From an uncultured Clostridia bacterium (GTDB taxonomy: Bacteria; Bacillota; Clostridia; Christensenellales; Borkfalkiaceae), in contig CAKQQQ010000004.1 in NCBI GenBank assembly GCA_934271065.1, forward strand, positions 90,308 to 154,307: 64,000 nucleotides of DNA, in the 5' to 3' direction. A program made the translations under genes and the position numbers. The notes under the pieces were generated by a model. It was not told the origin of the DNA, searched no databases, and saw only the letters and a program-made list of their open reading frames with translations. Shown here piece by piece: positions 61,115 through 64,000 of this stretch (positions within the stretch are counted from its first letter, which is position 1; each line of letters begins with the position of its first letter).

Positions 61115-62065
61115 ATGACGACTAAAAGAGCAACGTATACGAAGTTCGAGAGAAAGGACTTTCTCTTCGTATACCTATTGATTGCGTTGCCGGTATTGCA
61201 ATTCGCGATTTTCTGGTTTTACGTCAATCTGAGTTCGTTTACGCTGGCGTTCAAAAGTCCGGCGGGCAAATGGACGTTAGACAATTTCAGACAGGTGTGG
61301 CACGGGCTTACGCACGCGGACAGGTACGGAACGAACATTCTTACGATGATACTCCGCTCGTTTACGCTGTGGTTTATCTCTAACTGCGTGGTGTTCCCCA
61401 TCGCGCTTTGTACCACCTACGTTTTGTTCAGACGTGTGTTCGGGCATTACGTTTTCCGCGTGATATATATGTTGCCGAGCCTTATCGGCGGCGTGGTATG
61501 GATCGCCACGATGAAGCAGATGCTCAGCAACTACGGCGCGGTGGTATACCTTATGAAAAAAGCGGGCGCGGGGCTTTCGGACGCGGTTATAAGCGACGGG
61601 CTTATGTACGATCTGAAAACCGCGTTTCCGACCTTGTGCGCGTCCGTGTTCATATACGGCATAGCGGGCGGAAACGCCGTCGTAACGGGCGCGTATTCGA
61701 GAATACCCGAAGAACTTTTCGACGTAGGCAAACTCGACGGAATAGGTTTCTGGCGCGAATTTTTCAACGTGTGCCTGCCGTGCATATGGCCGACGGTCTC
61801 CACGCTGCTTACTTTCTCGCTGTGTACCATTTTCGTCGGCGAAGGCAACGTCTTTCTGTACACTAACGGCGAAGGCGGTTACGGGTTGGATACTATGGGC
61901 TTCTATATTCAGTATCTCGTATACAGACTGTCTCTGACGAGTTCGGAAAAGATGCCGTACGGTTATCCCGCCGCGATAGGTTTGTTTATAACGCTTATCA
62001 CGTTACCGATAGTTCTCGTCGGCAGAAGAATACTCGAAAGTTTAGTCGAAGCGGTAGAGACGTAA
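61115..62065 (+). CDS. Carbohydrate ABC permease (LplB-like), paralogous to 14141-15076
   Basis: N-terminal pattern FLFVYLLIALPVLQFAIFWFYVNLSSFTLAFK parallels the first permease. Confidence 0.85.
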   Translation: MTTKRATYTKFERKDFLFVYLLIALPVLQFAIFWFYVNLSSFTLAFKSPAGKWTLDNFRQVWHGLTHADRYGTNILTMILRSFTLWFISNCVVFPIALCTTYVLFRRVFGHYVFRVIYMLPSLIGGVVWIATMKQMLSNYGAVVYLMKKAGAGLSDAVISDGLMYDLKTAFPTLCASVFIYGIAGGNAVVTGAYSRIPEELFDVGKLDGIGFWREFFNVCLPCIWPTVSTLLTFSLCTIFVGEGNVFLYTNGEGGYGLDTMGFYIQYLVYRLSLTSSEKMPYGYPAAIGLFITLITLPIVLVGRRILESLVEAVET

Positions 62066-62077
62066 CGGGGGCGGAAT

Positions 62078-62989
62078 ATGAAAGTTAAAAATATCTTAAA
62101 ACGTCGCGAAAACGGGTTCGGAATGAAATCCACTTCCGAAAAAGTTTCGCTGTGCGTGTTTTTCGCGTTCTTCCTGATGATGACGGTCATCTATATATAC
62201 CCCATTCTTTCGATTTTGCTCAACTCGTTCAGAAGACTGTCGGAATTTGAAGAATTGCTCGTAAACCCGAACGCCAGCCCGTTTACCTGGCCCAAGTGGC
62301 AGACGGAGAGTTGGCGGCAGGTTTTCACTACGTTCAAATACAAAAACTTTACCTACTTCGATATGTTGTTCAACTCGCTCTGGATAACGGGCGTAAAGGT
62401 GACGGTCAATATTATGGCGAGCGTGTTTCTCGCTTACGCCGTCGCGCGTTTCCGTTTCCCCGGTAGGAACTTCCTGTACGCGGTAGTAATATTTTCGCAG
62501 ACCATTCCCATCGTAGGCACGGGCGCGGCGAGTTATAAGTTGTTTACCAAACTCAACTTCATCAACAACCCGTCGCTTATGTGGATTGCGTGGTTCAGCG
62601 CGTTCGACTTTGCGTTTATCGTTCTGTACGGCACTTTCCGCGGTATCAGTCCGACGTATTCGGAGTCGGCGAAACTCGACGGAGCGAATAATCTTACGGT
62701 ACTTTTCAAAATAGTACTGCCGCAGGCGTTTCCGTGCATAGCCGCGCTTGCGATACAGGAGTCTATAACCGTCTGGAACGATTATACGACGTCGCTCATC
62801 TATTTAAGGGATTATCCGAATATCGCGTACGGATTGTTCGTTACCGAAAAGAGCATTTCCTACGTCAGGAACGCCCGCGCGCTTTACAGCGCGGTGGTGT
62901 GCATATCGATGATACCCGTTCTGATTCTCTACGCCTGTTCGCAAAAACTCATTCTCACGAATATGAACGCAGGCGGACTGAAAGGATAA
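62078..62989 (+). CDS. Carbohydrate ABC permease (LplC-like)
   Basis: EAA-loop motif SESAKLDGANNLTVLFKIVLPQA. Confidence 0.85.
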   Translation: MKVKNILKRRENGFGMKSTSEKVSLCVFFAFFLMMTVIYIYPILSILLNSFRRLSEFEELLVNPNASPFTWPKWQTESWRQVFTTFKYKNFTYFDMLFNSLWITGVKVTVNIMASVFLAYAVARFRFPGRNFLYAVVIFSQTIPIVGTGAASYKLFTKLNFINNPSLMWIAWFSAFDFAFIVLYGTFRGISPTYSESAKLDGANNLTVLFKIVLPQAFPCIAALAIQESITVWNDYTTSLIYLRDYPNIAYGLFVTEKSISYVRNARALYSAVVCISMIPVLILYACSQKLILTNMNAGGLKG

Positions 62990-63007
62990 CACTCAAAGGA
63001 GTATTTT

Positions 63008-64000
63008 ATGAAGAAAAAATTATGGCTTACCGTGCTTGCTTCGCTTGCCGTAATCTCGGCGTGCTTATTTACGGTAAGTTGCGGTAACGGTGGGAATACT
63101 AACGAAGTGGAATTACGGCAACCGCAATTCAAAGAAACGGCGCAGACGACCGTGTTTTTAAGCAGCGACGTGGATTTCGACGATTATATCGTCAGACAGG
63201 ACGGTGCGGAAACGCTTATAGACGTCGTGTATTATAATCCCGTATCGGCAAAGAACGTCACCGAATCTTTTTCGGGGTACGATATGGTGTTCTACCCCAA
63301 AATCACGGGCGAGCATAAAATCGTGTACACGGTCAAAAGCGGTAAAAACAGCAAGAAAGCGGAGATGACCGTATCCGTAATCGCAGATCCGCCGACGATA
63401 AGCATATCGCACACGGCTCAGACTCTCGACATGCCCGAATCGGGCGAGATAACGCGCGCGTTCGAGTGGCTTACGTCAAACGCGTCGATGAACCTTAAAC
63501 CCGTAACCGCCACGACCAAAGTCGTCGCGGCGTCGTTCAGGGGCGTAAACGTCGGTATAGACTCCGTCAATTCCGAATGGCAGGAACTCGAAATAGACGA
63601 AACCGACGAAGTATTTACCTTCACGGCGATCGGCGAGTATAAGTTTACCGTCCGCGCCGAATCCGAAGGCAACTTCTCGGAAGACTATTTCCTTGTAAAC
63701 GTAATCAAAGATCCGTCTAAAGGCACTCGTGCGGACGACGGCAGTAGCGTTATAGAAAAGGGCAAAGGCGTGGTATACGCCGAAAACGATCCGTATACGT
63801 TCAAGATAATGTCGAGTTCGTTATCGGATATAAACTACGCCGTAGTAGCCGACAAACTCGGCGACGGCAAGAAATTAAATCTTATATTCAAGGGCAAAAA
63901 CGTACCGCAACTCGGATTTTACGTTATGCCCGACGAAGGCAGTAACGACGAATACAATATAAAAACGACCAAGGGCGGTTTTTTCAGTTTCGTAGCGAAG
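63008..64000 (+). CDS. Lipoprotein; the 5' part of a large secreted protein that runs off the window
   Basis: AAAGGAG RBS and signal peptide with lipobox FTVSCGN. The reading frame is still open at the window end. Confidence 0.65.
   Translation, partial: MKKKLWLTVLASLAVISACLFTVSCGNGGNTNEVELRQPQFKETAQTTVFLSSDVDFDDYIVRQDGAETLIDVVYYNPVSAKNVTESFSGYDMVFYPKITGEHKIVYTVKSGKNSKKAEMTVSVIADPPTISISHTAQTLDMPESGEITRAFEWLTSNASMNLKPVTATTKVVAASFRGVNVGIDSVNSEWQELEIDETDEVFTFTAIGEYKFTVRAESEGNFSEDYFLVNVIKDPSKGTRADDGSSVIEKGKGVVYAENDPYTFKIMSSSLSDINYAVVADKLGDGKKLNLIFKGKNVPQLGFYVMPDEGSNDEYNIKTTKGGFFSFVAK

Overview
This is a 64-kb chromosomal window from what is most likely a lipoprotein-rich Gram-positive (Bacillota/Clostridia-like) bacterium. 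The clues are codon usage (GCG/CCG/ACG-rich), AGGAGG-type RBSs, many Lxx-C lipoboxes and LplABC-type sugar ABC systems. Genes in order: prmA-mtaB; asd; a leaderless HBD-RNase HI fusion overlapping a PucR-like regulator; an S41 peptidase; a cysteine desulfurase divergent from a DUF3343 gene; nth; obg-yhbY. Next is a large glycan-utilisation-like locus: a large SBP, two permeases, five large secreted or lipoproteins (including one carrying a PTP CX5R phosphatase motif and GLUG-type beta-helix repeats), and a GH2 beta-glucuronidase. After that come radA-ispDF-S4 on the minus strand and rpoB-rpoC, which stand alone, uncoupled from ribosomal-protein genes. Then follow a tight three-gene operon of unknown function (DUF5685-like CxxC protein, degenerate J-domain/TPR/Cys-rich-tail protein, membrane protein); rlmD; a roughly 2-kb AT-rich foreign island carrying a DEDDh exonuclease-BRCT-like gene with its own consensus promoter and a possible homopolymer frameshift; a membrane protein; malQ-dapL-dapF on the minus strand, with a 42-bp x5 tandem repeat array between dapL and malQ; and a CIRCE-controlled hsp20. 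The window ends with a second, paralogous sugar locus: araC-type regulator, nagA, a Gfo/Idh/MocA oxidoreductase, an unclassified GH-like protein, nagB, SBP, two permeases and a partial lipoprotein. Recurrent non-genic signals: six genes have a sigmaA-type -10 box placed 6-9 nt before the ATG with no SD (leaderless architecture); there are two cases of tandem duplication of a gene's 3' end into the downstream intergenic spacer; a 25-bp inverted-repeat-bounded, MITE-like element sits upstream of prmA; and the 10-mer AGCCACAGGT recurs three times in intergenic DNA. No rRNA, tRNA or CRISPR was seen.
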